From a virus: a stretch of 40,200 bases of DNA. The notes under the pieces were generated by a model. The model was not told the origin of the DNA and did not search any database. It saw only the letters and a list, made by a program, of their open reading frames with translations. Positions 28,270 through 37,692 of the stretch are shown here, piece by piece (position 1 is the first letter of the stretch; each line of letters begins with the position of its first letter). Position numbers and translations under genes: made by a program. Location of the stretch: the IMG/VR virus record IMGVR_UViG_3300028920_000694, positions 1 to 40,200 of that record. The stretch is one strand, 5' to 3'.

Positions 28270-29103
28270 ATGTTTGATTTCTATTTTGGAACAGATGAAG
28301 AGATAGAAGCAGATGAAGAGAAGTATTTACTCTCAATTAAGAGGATGCTTCCTAAATGGTGCAATAGCATACCAGATTCTGAATACATAGCATTATTTAG
28401 ATTGTGTGAAGAAAGAGCTAGAGAATGTGCACCTCCAATAATTGTAGAGACAGGTGTTGGTGCAAGTACCATAGTTCTAGCATTCTGTGCTATGAAGCAT
28501 TTTGGAATTCTCTACTCATGGGACATCTCTGGAGAAAAGGGAAGTTATCTTAAGAGTGTGATGGTAGATACTATCTGCAAGTATTTTAAATTAGACATCA
28601 ATGAATTCTGGAAGTTCATTGCATATAATTCTGGTGATTCACATTTAGGAATTCCAGTTATTAAAGAACTAGAGATACAGATAGACTTCTCATTCCATGA
28701 CAGTAAACACACTCTACTTAACTTGATGAATGAGATTGATTTATGTTATGATTTATATGCTGATGGAGCAATCATAGCTATAGATGATGGAAGCTACACT
28801 AATTTCTATGAGAATTTCTCATACATAAATATCTTGAGGAAGAAACTAGGACTTGATCCAGTAGAGAATCCTGATGATAATATATGTGCACCATTTCATA
28901 TGGAAATAGAAGAATCTCTAAAACTTGACTGGGAATCTGTGGAACATATAGATGATGATTATAAGAAGATGTATAAGGAAGATATGTGGTTTAAATACTT
29001 TGCAAATGAATTTGATGAGAAAGTGAAATTTGGAATGGAAGTTCCAGATACACTTGAACATAGATTCGATGCATGGAGGGTAAATGGCAGAATCCAATTC
29101 TAA
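28270..29103 (+). CDS. class I SAM-dependent methyltransferase (Methyltransf_24-like)
   Basis: VETGVGAST, YSWD, IDFSFHDS.H, IAIDD. Confidence 0.7.
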   Translation: MFDFYFGTDEEIEADEEKYLLSIKRMLPKWCNSIPDSEYIALFRLCEERARECAPPIIVETGVGASTIVLAFCAMKHFGILYSWDISGEKGSYLKSVMVDTICKYFKLDINEFWKFIAYNSGDSHLGIPVIKELEIQIDFSFHDSKHTLLNLMNEIDLCYDLYADGAIIAIDDGSYTNFYENFSYINILRKKLGLDPVENPDDNICAPFHMEIEESLKLDWESVEHIDDDYKKMYKEDMWFKYFANEFDEKVKFGMEVPDTLEHRFDAWRVNGRIQF

Positions 29104-30100
29104 TTATCATAGATTCACAAAAGCAAATGTGTTTCATCACAGGAGACATAATAAAGAATTTCAAGAATATCGTAGAAGATGGCAAGTATATCCTTTAGAT
29201 CATATAGTTGGAGAATTTCCTATACATCTTGATATAGAATCTACATATAGATGCAATCTTAAATGTCCATTCTGTGCTAGGACATATACCGACTGGGGAC
29301 AGGAACCAGTAATTAAGGATATGGATTTCAATCTATATAAGAAAATTATTGATGAAGGTGTAGAGAATGGTCTATATGCAATCAAACTAAGTTTAAGAGG
29401 TGAACCATTGCTTCACAAGAGGATAGTTGATATGGTTGCTTATGCTAAAGAAAGAGGAATTATAGATGTGTACTTCAATACTAATGGTTCTTTATTAACT
29501 GAAAAATTAATCTATCAGATGATTGGTGCTGGACTAGATAGAATATCAGTATCGATTGATGGAATAGATAAACAATATTTTGAGAATGTAAGATATCCAC
29601 TTAAATATGATGATATAGTAAATAGAATAAAGAATATGCAACAGATAAAAAGAAGTGAAGGAGTAGATTATCCACAGGTGAGAGTTCAGACTGTTATTAA
29701 TGATGAGACAATGAAGGATATGGATGAGTATACAGAATTCTGGAGTGAAATCGCAGATGAAGTTGCTGGAATAGATATGAGAAGAGAGAGCCCTGAATAT
29801 TCATATAAAGAAGTGGATGCTGATTGGTGTTGTCCTTTCTTGTGGCAGAGAATGACTATTCTATGTGATGGAACTATACTACCATGTCTCTTACATGGAA
29901 TTGATGATTCAAATAGATATTCATTAGGAAATGCAAAAGATGTAGATATAAAAGATGCTTGGAACAATAGATTGATTAGGATGATGAGAGCAGTCAATAA
30001 GGCTGAATTAGGTCATCTAATATATCCATGTAGTGATTGTTCATATAGATCATCAGAATTGGAGAAGTTAGGATATGATAGTTGGTATATTGATAGGTAG
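29084..30100 (+). CDS. radical SAM/SPASM domain protein
   Basis: FPIHLDIEST..CNLKCPFC, RGEPLLH, NTNG, CPFLWQR...DGTILPC...CSDC. Confidence 0.9.
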   Translation: MAESNSNYHRFTKANVFHHRRHNKEFQEYRRRWQVYPLDHIVGEFPIHLDIESTYRCNLKCPFCARTYTDWGQEPVIKDMDFNLYKKIIDEGVENGLYAIKLSLRGEPLLHKRIVDMVAYAKERGIIDVYFNTNGSLLTEKLIYQMIGAGLDRISVSIDGIDKQYFENVRYPLKYDDIVNRIKNMQQIKRSEGVDYPQVRVQTVINDETMKDMDEYTEFWSEIADEVAGIDMRRESPEYSYKEVDADWCCPFLWQRMTILCDGTILPCLLHGIDDSNRYSLGNAKDVDIKDAWNNRLIRMMRAVNKAELGHLIYPCSDCSYRSSELEKLGYDSWYIDR

Positions 30101-30803
30101 AGAAGGAAGTGTTGGATTTCCTGGAAAGAATATCTGTCCAGTTCTAGGGGAACCATTGATGACTTATCCACTTAAAGCTGCATATCCAATCGTAGATGAA
30201 ATGGTTGTATCAACTGATTCAGATGAAATAAAAGAAATAGCAAAAAGATATAAATGTAGAATCATTGATAGACCACAGGAATTGTGTACTGAGACAGCTA
30301 GAGCAGAAGATGTGTTTATTCATGCATATGAATACATCAAATCTATTCCATATATTTCTATGCAATTGGAATATCTAGTATTATTAATGTGTAATGCACC
30401 GATGATTACATCTAAGATGATTGAAGAAGGAATAAAAGTTCTAAGAGAAAATCCAGAATATGATTCAGCAGTAAGTGTTTCTAGATACAATATGTTTAGT
30501 CCATTAAGAGCAAAGAGAATATCAGATGATGGACTGCTTCATCCATTTGTTGCTCATCAATATATCCCAGGAGAATTAGATAGTAATAGAGATACACAAG
30601 GAGATTGTTGGTTTGCAGATATGGGTGTATCTATAGTAAGACCTAAATGTCTAGAGAATATAGAAGAAGGAATACTACCACAGAAATGGATGGGACAGAA
30701 GATATATCCACTGAAACAAGAATGTGGATTTGATGTAGATTATGAATGGGAAATTCCTTTAGTGGAAAATTGGTTGAAGAAACATGGAATTCATAAGAGA
30801 TAA
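30075..30803 (+). CDS. CMP-ulosonic acid synthetase-like cytidylyltransferase
   Basis: GREGSVGFPGKN, VSTDS, IIDRP.EL, DVDYEW. Confidence 0.85.
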   Translation: MIVGILIGREGSVGFPGKNICPVLGEPLMTYPLKAAYPIVDEMVVSTDSDEIKEIAKRYKCRIIDRPQELCTETARAEDVFIHAYEYIKSIPYISMQLEYLVLLMCNAPMITSKMIEEGIKVLRENPEYDSAVSVSRYNMFSPLRAKRISDDGLLHPFVAHQYIPGELDSNRDTQGDCWFADMGVSIVRPKCLENIEEGILPQKWMGQKIYPLKQECGFDVDYEWEIPLVENWLKKHGIHKR

Positions 30804-31683
30804 TACTTATCCAAATAAAGTAGTTCTAGTAGATGGGTGTGGAGGTGCTGGAAAGATTCTAGTATCATCTATATTAGAGTGTCTAGAAGGAGCAGAAGCT
30901 GGTGTAGAAGATGAGAATTCTTTTCTGATATCTAGACTATGGAGAGCAAATAAACTAACTGAAGATGCAGCTATAGCCTATCTGAGACTAAATATAGACA
31001 GGAGAATCCACTATCTAATGATGGGTAGATGTTTGAACATCAAGAAAGGTGAATCTATATCAGTCAGAAAATATCCTAATCCACTGAAGTATCTTAAGAG
31101 ACATTTCAACAATGAGAAATATCTAGCTGAAGAAGAGGTATTTGAGAGAATGCCTATATTCCATACAATGACTCAGAATGCACTTACAGATATAGACTTG
31201 TATCTAAAAGCATTTGGTAGTAGATTAAGTGTGATATATATTCATAGAAGTTCAATTGATGTGATATATGACATGTATAAGAGAAAGTTCTTAGATGATA
31301 TAGGTATCATACCTAGTAATATTAGATTCACTATCAAGGATGAGGATGGATATATGGTTCCTCTGTTTGCAGCAGACTGGTCAGATGAATATATTGATAT
31401 GTCTGACATGGAAAAAGTATCTAGATGGATTCTTGAATCATATCAAGAAGATATGGATGCATTTGGGGATTTGCCTAAAGAACAACAGAAACAGATTATG
31501 TTCATAGACTTTGATGAACTAGTAACTAATCCATATCCTATATGTGAACAGATATCAGAATTCTTGGGTGTGAAATTCACACATCATCTAAATAGAGTTC
31601 TTAAGAGAGAGAACTGTCCAAGGAAGATAGATTATAAAGAAAGAAATCGAAGAAGGGAGTTCATAAATAATCATGCTAATTAA
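30784..31683 (+). CDS. divergent sulfotransferase-like P-loop protein
   Basis: VDGCGGAGKIL, IYIHRSSIDV, IDFDELVTNP...ISEFLG. Confidence 0.6.
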   Translation: MEFIRDNTYPNKVVLVDGCGGAGKILVSSILECLEGAEAGVEDENSFLISRLWRANKLTEDAAIAYLRLNIDRRIHYLMMGRCLNIKKGESISVRKYPNPLKYLKRHFNNEKYLAEEEVFERMPIFHTMTQNALTDIDLYLKAFGSRLSVIYIHRSSIDVIYDMYKRKFLDDIGIIPSNIRFTIKDEDGYMVPLFAADWSDEYIDMSDMEKVSRWILESYQEDMDAFGDLPKEQQKQIMFIDFDELVTNPYPICEQISEFLGVKFTHHLNRVLKRENCPRKIDYKERNRRREFINNHAN

Positions 31684-32596
31684 GAATCCCAAATCAAAAA
31701 GAGTGAATCCATTCAGAGATATATATGATAGTAAAGAATATAGAAATGCATCTAATCTAATCACTGACTTTCCATTCATTATAGATTTAGAATTAACTAA
31801 TGCATGTAATCTCAATTGTAGAATGTGTAGTAGGCAATTAATGGAAAGGGATGTTGGATACATGTCTAGAGAGATGTTTCAGAAAGTTCTAAATGAATGT
31901 TCAACACATTCAACTCCTATAAGAATGTCTAGATGGGGTGAACCATTTCTGCATCCACATATAATAGAATTCTGTAAACAAATAAAAGAAAAAGAACTCA
32001 TCCTACATATAACAAACAATGGGAATGTGATTTCAGAATCACATATGAAAGGATTGATAGAATGTGGATTAGATTCAATTATATTTTCAATGCAGGGTGC
32101 AACAGCTGAAGAATATGAGTATATGAGAAGAAGAGGAAGTTATAGTAAACTATATAATAATATAATGAAACTACTTGAATTAAGAGGAGATGAAGATAAG
32201 CCATTCATTAGAGTTTCTTCTACAATATCAGAGAGAGATTCAGATGAGAGTGTTCAAAAATTCATAGATTACTGGAAGAATATAGTAGATGCAGTTGGTA
32301 TTGGAAGGACAAATATGGTAAGAATTGATGGAAAGAAACCTAAATGGGCTAAATATAGTCCCTGCACAGAAGTATATCAGAAGTTGAGTGTTGATTATGA
32401 TGGTAAAGTATCTGCATGTTGTGGAGATTATGATAATCTTCTAACTATTGGAGATTTATCTGAACCATATTCTAGTCTATCCAAAATATGGGATGTTAAT
32501 TCTAAATTAACCTGGATAAGAAACACACTTAAAGAGATGAATCACAAGCAATTCACATTATGTAAAGATTGTTTTCATACCTATGAGGAATTTTAA
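31673..32596 (+). CDS. radical SAM/SPASM domain protein
   Basis: FPFIIDLELTNACNLNCRMC, WGEPFLHP, TNNG, CTEVYQKL..DGKVSACCGD...CKDC. Confidence 0.9.
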   Translation: MLIKNPKSKRVNPFRDIYDSKEYRNASNLITDFPFIIDLELTNACNLNCRMCSRQLMERDVGYMSREMFQKVLNECSTHSTPIRMSRWGEPFLHPHIIEFCKQIKEKELILHITNNGNVISESHMKGLIECGLDSIIFSMQGATAEEYEYMRRRGSYSKLYNNIMKLLELRGDEDKPFIRVSSTISERDSDESVQKFIDYWKNIVDAVGIGRTNMVRIDGKKPKWAKYSPCTEVYQKLSVDYDGKVSACCGDYDNLLTIGDLSEPYSSLSKIWDVNSKLTWIRNTLKEMNHKQFTLCKDCFHTYEEF

Positions 32597-33187
32597 ATGA
32601 TTTGTATAATACCAGCAAGAAAAGGAAGTAAGAGACTTCCAAATAAGAATAAGAAGATGCTATGTGGAAAGCCTATGATTGCATATACTATAGAAGCAGC
32701 AAAGAAATCCAAATATATAGATATTATTATAGTATCAACTGATGATGAAGATATAGCAAAGATTGCAAAAGACTATAAAGTATATGATTATAAAAGACCA
32801 TCAGAACTAGCAGGTGATAATGTTCCTATGGTGGAAGTATTAAGATATGTAATAAGGCAATTACCAATAGGTTATCCAAAAGATGGAAGAATAGTTGAAC
32901 TACTTCCAACATCCCCACTCAGGATAACTAAAGATATAGACAGATGTATAGAAGCATATATGTCTAGTGGATTCAGTTCAATCATCACAGCAACTAAATC
33001 AATTAACAATTCATTCAGGATGAATGGTTCAGTGTATGTAACTCATGTAAATATCATAGAGAACAATGATAAAGAGTGGGATGATAATGTAGGAATAGTT
33101 CTGATGCCAAATGAAAGGTCAGTTGATGTAGATACACAAGGAGATTTTGAAATGGCTGAAATGTTAATGGAGATGAGAAATGAATAG
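32597..33187 (+). CDS. neuA: acylneuraminate cytidylyltransferase
   Basis: IIPARKGSKRLPNKN, VSTDD, RP.ELA, PTSPLR, NGSVY, SVDVDT..DF. Confidence 0.88.
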   Translation: MICIIPARKGSKRLPNKNKKMLCGKPMIAYTIEAAKKSKYIDIIIVSTDDEDIAKIAKDYKVYDYKRPSELAGDNVPMVEVLRYVIRQLPIGYPKDGRIVELLPTSPLRITKDIDRCIEAYMSSGFSSIITATKSINNSFRMNGSVYVTHVNIIENNDKEWDDNVGIVLMPNERSVDVDTQGDFEMAEMLMEMRNE

Positions 33188-34133
33188 TTTTGATATAGAG
33201 AATGAGTTTTATCTCACATGTCATCCAGATAGAATAAAGAAGTTACTAGCCCAACACAGAATATATGAATGGACATTAGATGTAGAAGGAGATATAGTTG
33301 AATGTGGAGTGTTCAAGGGTGCATCTCTTTCTAGATTTGCTATGTTCAATAAGATACATAATCAGAAGAAAAAAGTGATTGGATTTGATACATTCACTAC
33401 ATATCCAATAGTTACTGATGAGGATGCTCCATTAAGGAATCACTTTGTCAAGGAAGCTGGAGATGGCATTCATGACCTAGTACTTAAGATGTATTGTGAT
33501 ATACGAGATTTGGATGTGGAACTAGTCAAAGGAGATATATGCAACACTGTTCCTAAATATATATCACAACATCCAAAGATTAAAATATCTTTAATCAACA
33601 TGGATTGTGATGTATATGAACCAACCAAGATAGCTATGGACTATCTGATTCCTAGACTATCTGATGGTGGAATCATCATCTTTGATAATTATGAAACATT
33701 CTATGGAGAGACAAAGGCAGTAGATATGGAATATGAGCCAGAGAGAATAAATGAATATATGGGACTGAATTATGTAGTTAAGCTCCCTAGTGATGAATAT
33801 CCAATGACATATATATTTGATATAGATGGAACTCTAAATGACCCAAATACTGAATATCTAGGAGACAATCAACCATATAAGTATAGAGATGTGATTCCAG
33901 ATGAGAATATGATTAAGATGGTGAATCATCTATATGAGCAAGGGAATGAAATAATTCTAATGACTGGTAGAGGCTCTACTAGCAAGATAGACTGGAGAGA
34001 GTTCACAGAGAATCAATTAAAGGAATGGGGAGTTAAATATCATAAACTAGAGATGGTAGATAAGCCACCTAGATATACATATGTAGATGACATGGCTGTT
34101 TCACCTAGAGAGTTTTGGGAGATAATAGAATGA
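33180..34133 (+). CDS. fusion: TylF/MycF-family O-methyltransferase plus HAD phosphatase (BcbF/EcbF-like)
   Basis: N-part GDIVECGVFKG, GFDTF, DCDVYEPT, GGIIIFDNY; C-part FDIDGTL, TGRG, WGVKYHKL...KP...YVDD. Confidence 0.85.
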   Translation: MNSFDIENEFYLTCHPDRIKKLLAQHRIYEWTLDVEGDIVECGVFKGASLSRFAMFNKIHNQKKKVIGFDTFTTYPIVTDEDAPLRNHFVKEAGDGIHDLVLKMYCDIRDLDVELVKGDICNTVPKYISQHPKIKISLINMDCDVYEPTKIAMDYLIPRLSDGGIIIFDNYETFYGETKAVDMEYEPERINEYMGLNYVVKLPSDEYPMTYIFDIDGTLNDPNTEYLGDNQPYKYRDVIPDENMIKMVNHLYEQGNEIILMTGRGSTSKIDWREFTENQLKEWGVKYHKLEMVDKPPRYTYVDDMAVSPREFWEIIE

Positions 34134-34804
34134 TAATAATAGCAGAAGCAGGAATTAATCATCATGGAAGTTTAGATGATGCAATGAAATTAGTGGATGC
34201 AGCTAAATATGCTGGAGCAGATGCAGTTAAGTTCCAGACATTTTGGAATATATATAGATTAAATGACTATGAACTAAGAACAGGTCAGTGGATAGCATTG
34301 AAGAATTATTGTGATGAACAGGAAATCACATTCTTATCTACACCACACACATTTCATGCAATCCATTTTCTAGAGGATATGGTTCCTATGTATAAGATAG
34401 CAAGTCAATTTCTATATAATCCTAACTTTCTGATGGAAGTAGCAAACAAAGGTAAACCAGTCATTCTATCTACAGGTAGTTTGAATCATATCAATGGTAT
34501 GGCCACAACAGAAGAGATAATGATGGCACTCAAATGGCTTCATGGAACTCCACAATTATCTCTACTCCAGTGTGTAAGTAAGTATCCATGTGAAGATAGC
34601 CATTCAGAAAGAATAGATGAGCTTAGGAAGATGTGTCTAAATGTAGGTCTATCTGACCACACAAAGAATCTAAAGCCAATGAAAGGATTATCTATATATG
34701 AGAAGCATCTGAAGTTAAGTGGAACTACACCTATAGATGATGAGGTATCTATTGATGAACATGAATTCAAAAGAATGGTAGAATATTTGAGGAAGAAGAA
34801 ATGA
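34130..34804 (+). CDS. neuB: N-acetylneuraminate (nonulosonic acid) synthase family, no SAF domain
   Basis: IIAEAGINHHG, GADAVKFQT, YKIAS, KPVILSTG, CVSKYP, GLSDHT, YEKH. Confidence 0.9.
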   Translation: MIIIAEAGINHHGSLDDAMKLVDAAKYAGADAVKFQTFWNIYRLNDYELRTGQWIALKNYCDEQEITFLSTPHTFHAIHFLEDMVPMYKIASQFLYNPNFLMEVANKGKPVILSTGSLNHINGMATTEEIMMALKWLHGTPQLSLLQCVSKYPCEDSHSERIDELRKMCLNVGLSDHTKNLKPMKGLSIYEKHLKLSGTTPIDDEVSIDEHEFKRMVEYLRKKK

Positions 34805-36540
34805 ATGTAATCGGTTTGTTTGGAGAAGGCCCTAATCCTGCAGCCTGTCTTATGATAGATGGAGAAATCATAGCTGCTGCAGAAGAAGAAAGGTTTGTAA
34901 GAGTAAAGAAAGCAAGTGCATATCAACCAATGAATGCAATAAAGTATGTTATGGATGTAGGAAATGTATCTCTAGAAGATATAGATAAAATAGTAGTTGC
35001 ATGGGATCATAGAAAATATCCTAAATGGATAAAGAAATACAATAAGAAGCACCTGAAGAATCGAGCTAGAATAGATTATCTAATAGAGGAGAATCATAAT
35101 CTGTTACATGACTATGAGTATCTTACATATAGATTAAGGATTAATTTAGGGAAGTTAGGATTCAATACAGATAAATACATGCCACCTGTTATATCTGTTC
35201 CTCATCATGAAGCACATGCATATTCAGCATTCTATAATTCAGGATTCAAAGAAGCAGGTGTATTGGTTCTTGATGGTTCTGGTGAAGAAAAGTGCACCAC
35301 ATTCTGGTCAGCAGATGAATATGGAATATCCAAAATAGATAAAGAATTCACTATCCCTAACTCACTAGGATGGATGTATGCTGCAGTGACAGAGTTCCTT
35401 GGATTTCGAGGGCATTCAGATGAAGGAAAGACTATGGGACTTGCACCTTATGGTAAATACAACCAGTGGGTGATAGATAAATTGAAGAAGATAATTCAAT
35501 ATGATGAAAAAGGAAACTATAAGATAAATCCATCATACATATACTTCAACAAGAGAACTAGAAGCACTAGATTCACAGATAAGTTTATGAAAGAGTTTGG
35601 TGAACCTCATATTTCAGGAACTCCATTTACAGAATTACATAAGGATATAGCATATGGAGTTCAATGGATTCTAGAAGATGTAGTCAAGAAATTAGTTAGA
35701 CAATTAATCAAAGAAACAGGATACAGTAATATTTGTATAGCAGGAGGTGTAGGGATGAACTGTAAATCTAATGGAGTGGTGAATCAGATGCCTGAAGTGG
35801 ATAATCTATTTGTATTTCCAGCATCTACAGATGAAGGAACTGCTATAGGTGCAGCAATGAGAGAATTCTATCCAGATTATTGGGAATCTATACAACCACC
35901 AACTAATGATAAATTAGTTAGCACTAGCTTTGGACCAGAGTTTTCAGATGAAGAAATTGAATCTGTTTTGAATGAATTGAAATTGAAATATAGATACTGC
36001 AGGAATATATATAAAGAAGTTGCAAAGAAACTAGCAGATGGAGAAGTAGTTGGATGGTTCCAAGGCAGAATGGAGTTTGGAGCTAGAGCACTTGGGAACA
36101 GAAGCATTCTAGCTGACCCTAGAGGAGCAGATAAGAAAGACTATATCAATGACCATGTAAAGCATAGAGAACCATTTAGACCTTATTGTCCATCACTTCT
36201 AGAGGAAGATAAGGATAAGTATCTAAAGAATGCAAAGGATGCTCCATTCATGATAGTTGCATATGAAGCACAAGATGGAGTTAAGGATAGGATTCCTGCA
36301 GTGGTTCATGTAGATAATACAGTGAGACCACAAACAGTGAATAAGCAAGTAAATCCACTCTACTGGAATCTAATCAATGAATTCAAGAAACTAACTGGAG
36401 AAGGAATTCTATTAAATACATCATTTAATGTAAGAGGAGAACCAATTGTATGTAAACCTATAGAAGCAATCAGATGTTTCTATGGCACAGGAATGGATAG
36501 TTTAGCAATAGGAAGTTATTTATTGGAGAAAGAGAAATGA
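34801..36540 (+). CDS. carbamoyltransferase (NodU/CmcH family)
   Basis: AAAEEERF.R.K, HHEAHA.SAF, DGSGE, EGKTMGLAPYG, AGGV.MNC, GRMEFGARALGNRSILADP, KHREPFRP, LLNTSFNVRGEPIV. Confidence 0.95.
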   Translation: MNVIGLFGEGPNPAACLMIDGEIIAAAEEERFVRVKKASAYQPMNAIKYVMDVGNVSLEDIDKIVVAWDHRKYPKWIKKYNKKHLKNRARIDYLIEENHNLLHDYEYLTYRLRINLGKLGFNTDKYMPPVISVPHHEAHAYSAFYNSGFKEAGVLVLDGSGEEKCTTFWSADEYGISKIDKEFTIPNSLGWMYAAVTEFLGFRGHSDEGKTMGLAPYGKYNQWVIDKLKKIIQYDEKGNYKINPSYIYFNKRTRSTRFTDKFMKEFGEPHISGTPFTELHKDIAYGVQWILEDVVKKLVRQLIKETGYSNICIAGGVGMNCKSNGVVNQMPEVDNLFVFPASTDEGTAIGAAMREFYPDYWESIQPPTNDKLVSTSFGPEFSDEEIESVLNELKLKYRYCRNIYKEVAKKLADGEVVGWFQGRMEFGARALGNRSILADPRGADKKDYINDHVKHREPFRPYCPSLLEEDKDKYLKNAKDAPFMIVAYEAQDGVKDRIPAVVHVDNTVRPQTVNKQVNPLYWNLINEFKKLTGEGILLNTSFNVRGEPIVCKPIEAIRCFYGTGMDSLAIGSYLLEKEK

Positions 36541-37334
36541 AGATATTAGTAGCAACATATCATAGAGCCTCTGATGGAGCACTCTCAAAGCTCATTCAGA
36601 AGATGAAAGATGAGGATTTGTATACAGAATATTATGAAGAAGCTGATTGGATACTTATTCCTGGTGATAGAGAGGAATCATTTGGAATGGCTCTCAAGGC
36701 ATTTAAAGACAACAAGAAAATGATACATCTATGGGCTGGAGAATATACACCAACGTGGGAGACTCACAATGATGTGTATAGGCATGCAATTACTCTAATG
36801 AGTCATATTCAACTATGCACCAATGATGAAGCAAAAGAAAGAGTTAAGGCACTCTGCAAGTCTGTAGGTAAACAATTCTTTGTAACTGTAGTTGGAAATG
36901 TTATGTTGGATAACATGGAAGATATAGATGAATCAGATGTTCCAGAAGAAGAATATGATTTAGTTCTATATAATCCACCAAGCAGACTATCTGAAGAGAA
37001 AGTAGAGAAAGACATCTCAATAATTAAAAGCATAGTCAACAAGAATCATATCTGGTTGCCTCCAAATGGAGATTTACATAGTCATCTAGTGATGCCTCAT
37101 GTGAATTCAGAGAATCTACCTAGACCTAAGTTTCTTGGGCTTCTAAAGAACTGTAAGAGATATCTAAGTAATTCATCTAATATATATTATGAAGCCACTC
37201 ACCTTCTGGAAGAGAATCAGATTGCAGTTATTGGATTAAGGAACAAATTCAGAGAATCTAGAACTGGAAATATGAGAATTCCAAATGCAAGTAAGAACAT
37301 CATGATGGTATTGAGGCAGTTGATAAATGAGTAG
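36537..37334 (+). CDS. neuC: UDP-N-acetylglucosamine 2-epimerase (hydrolysing, NeuC-like), shortened
   Basis: ATYHRAS, PGDREE, HLWAGE, YRHAITLMSH, VVGN..LD, PNGD, SNSS, IGLRNK.RE. Confidence 0.72.
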   Translation: MKILVATYHRASDGALSKLIQKMKDEDLYTEYYEEADWILIPGDREESFGMALKAFKDNKKMIHLWAGEYTPTWETHNDVYRHAITLMSHIQLCTNDEAKERVKALCKSVGKQFFVTVVGNVMLDNMEDIDESDVPEEEYDLVLYNPPSRLSEEKVEKDISIIKSIVNKNHIWLPPNGDLHSHLVMPHVNSENLPRPKFLGLLKNCKRYLSNSSNIYYEATHLLEENQIAVIGLRNKFRESRTGNMRIPNASKNIMMVLRQLINE

Positions 37335-37692
37335 ATTTAAGAATTGGAAGAAACCATTCTTTGATGATTATGGTTGGGCAAATAAATATAAAGATGTCTT
37401 GGAATTTGAAGGTCTCTATGGATGGAGATGTCAATATCCAGAGAATCTAACTCTAGGAGATAAAGTTGATATAGGATGCTTCACATATCTAAATGCTAAG
37501 TATGGAATAGAGATAGGAGACAATGTTCAGATAGGTGCTCATTGTGCCATCTATTCAGATAACACAGAGAATGAAACTCATGGAAAAGTAACTATAGGAG
37601 AGAATTCATTGATAGGTTCATATACACTGATTCTTCCAGGAGCAACTATTCCACCTAATTCAAAGATACCTGCAAGGAGCATAATCAAGTGA
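37327..37692 (+). CDS. left-handed beta-helix (hexapeptide repeat) acyltransferase
   Basis: LTLGDKVDIG, IEIGDNVQIG, VTIGENSLIG...ILPG. Confidence 0.87.
   Translation: MSRFKNWKKPFFDDYGWANKYKDVLEFEGLYGWRCQYPENLTLGDKVDIGCFTYLNAKYGIEIGDNVQIGAHCAIYSDNTENETHGKVTIGENSLIGSYTLILPGATIPPNSKIPARSIIK

Noticed and set aside
18834-32596. RiPP cluster (rSAM/SPASM peptide maturases acting on the small Cys-rich ORFs)
   Set aside because: No RRE/PqqD domain, peptidase or transporter; the rSAMs are interleaved with sugar enzymes and far from the small ORFs.
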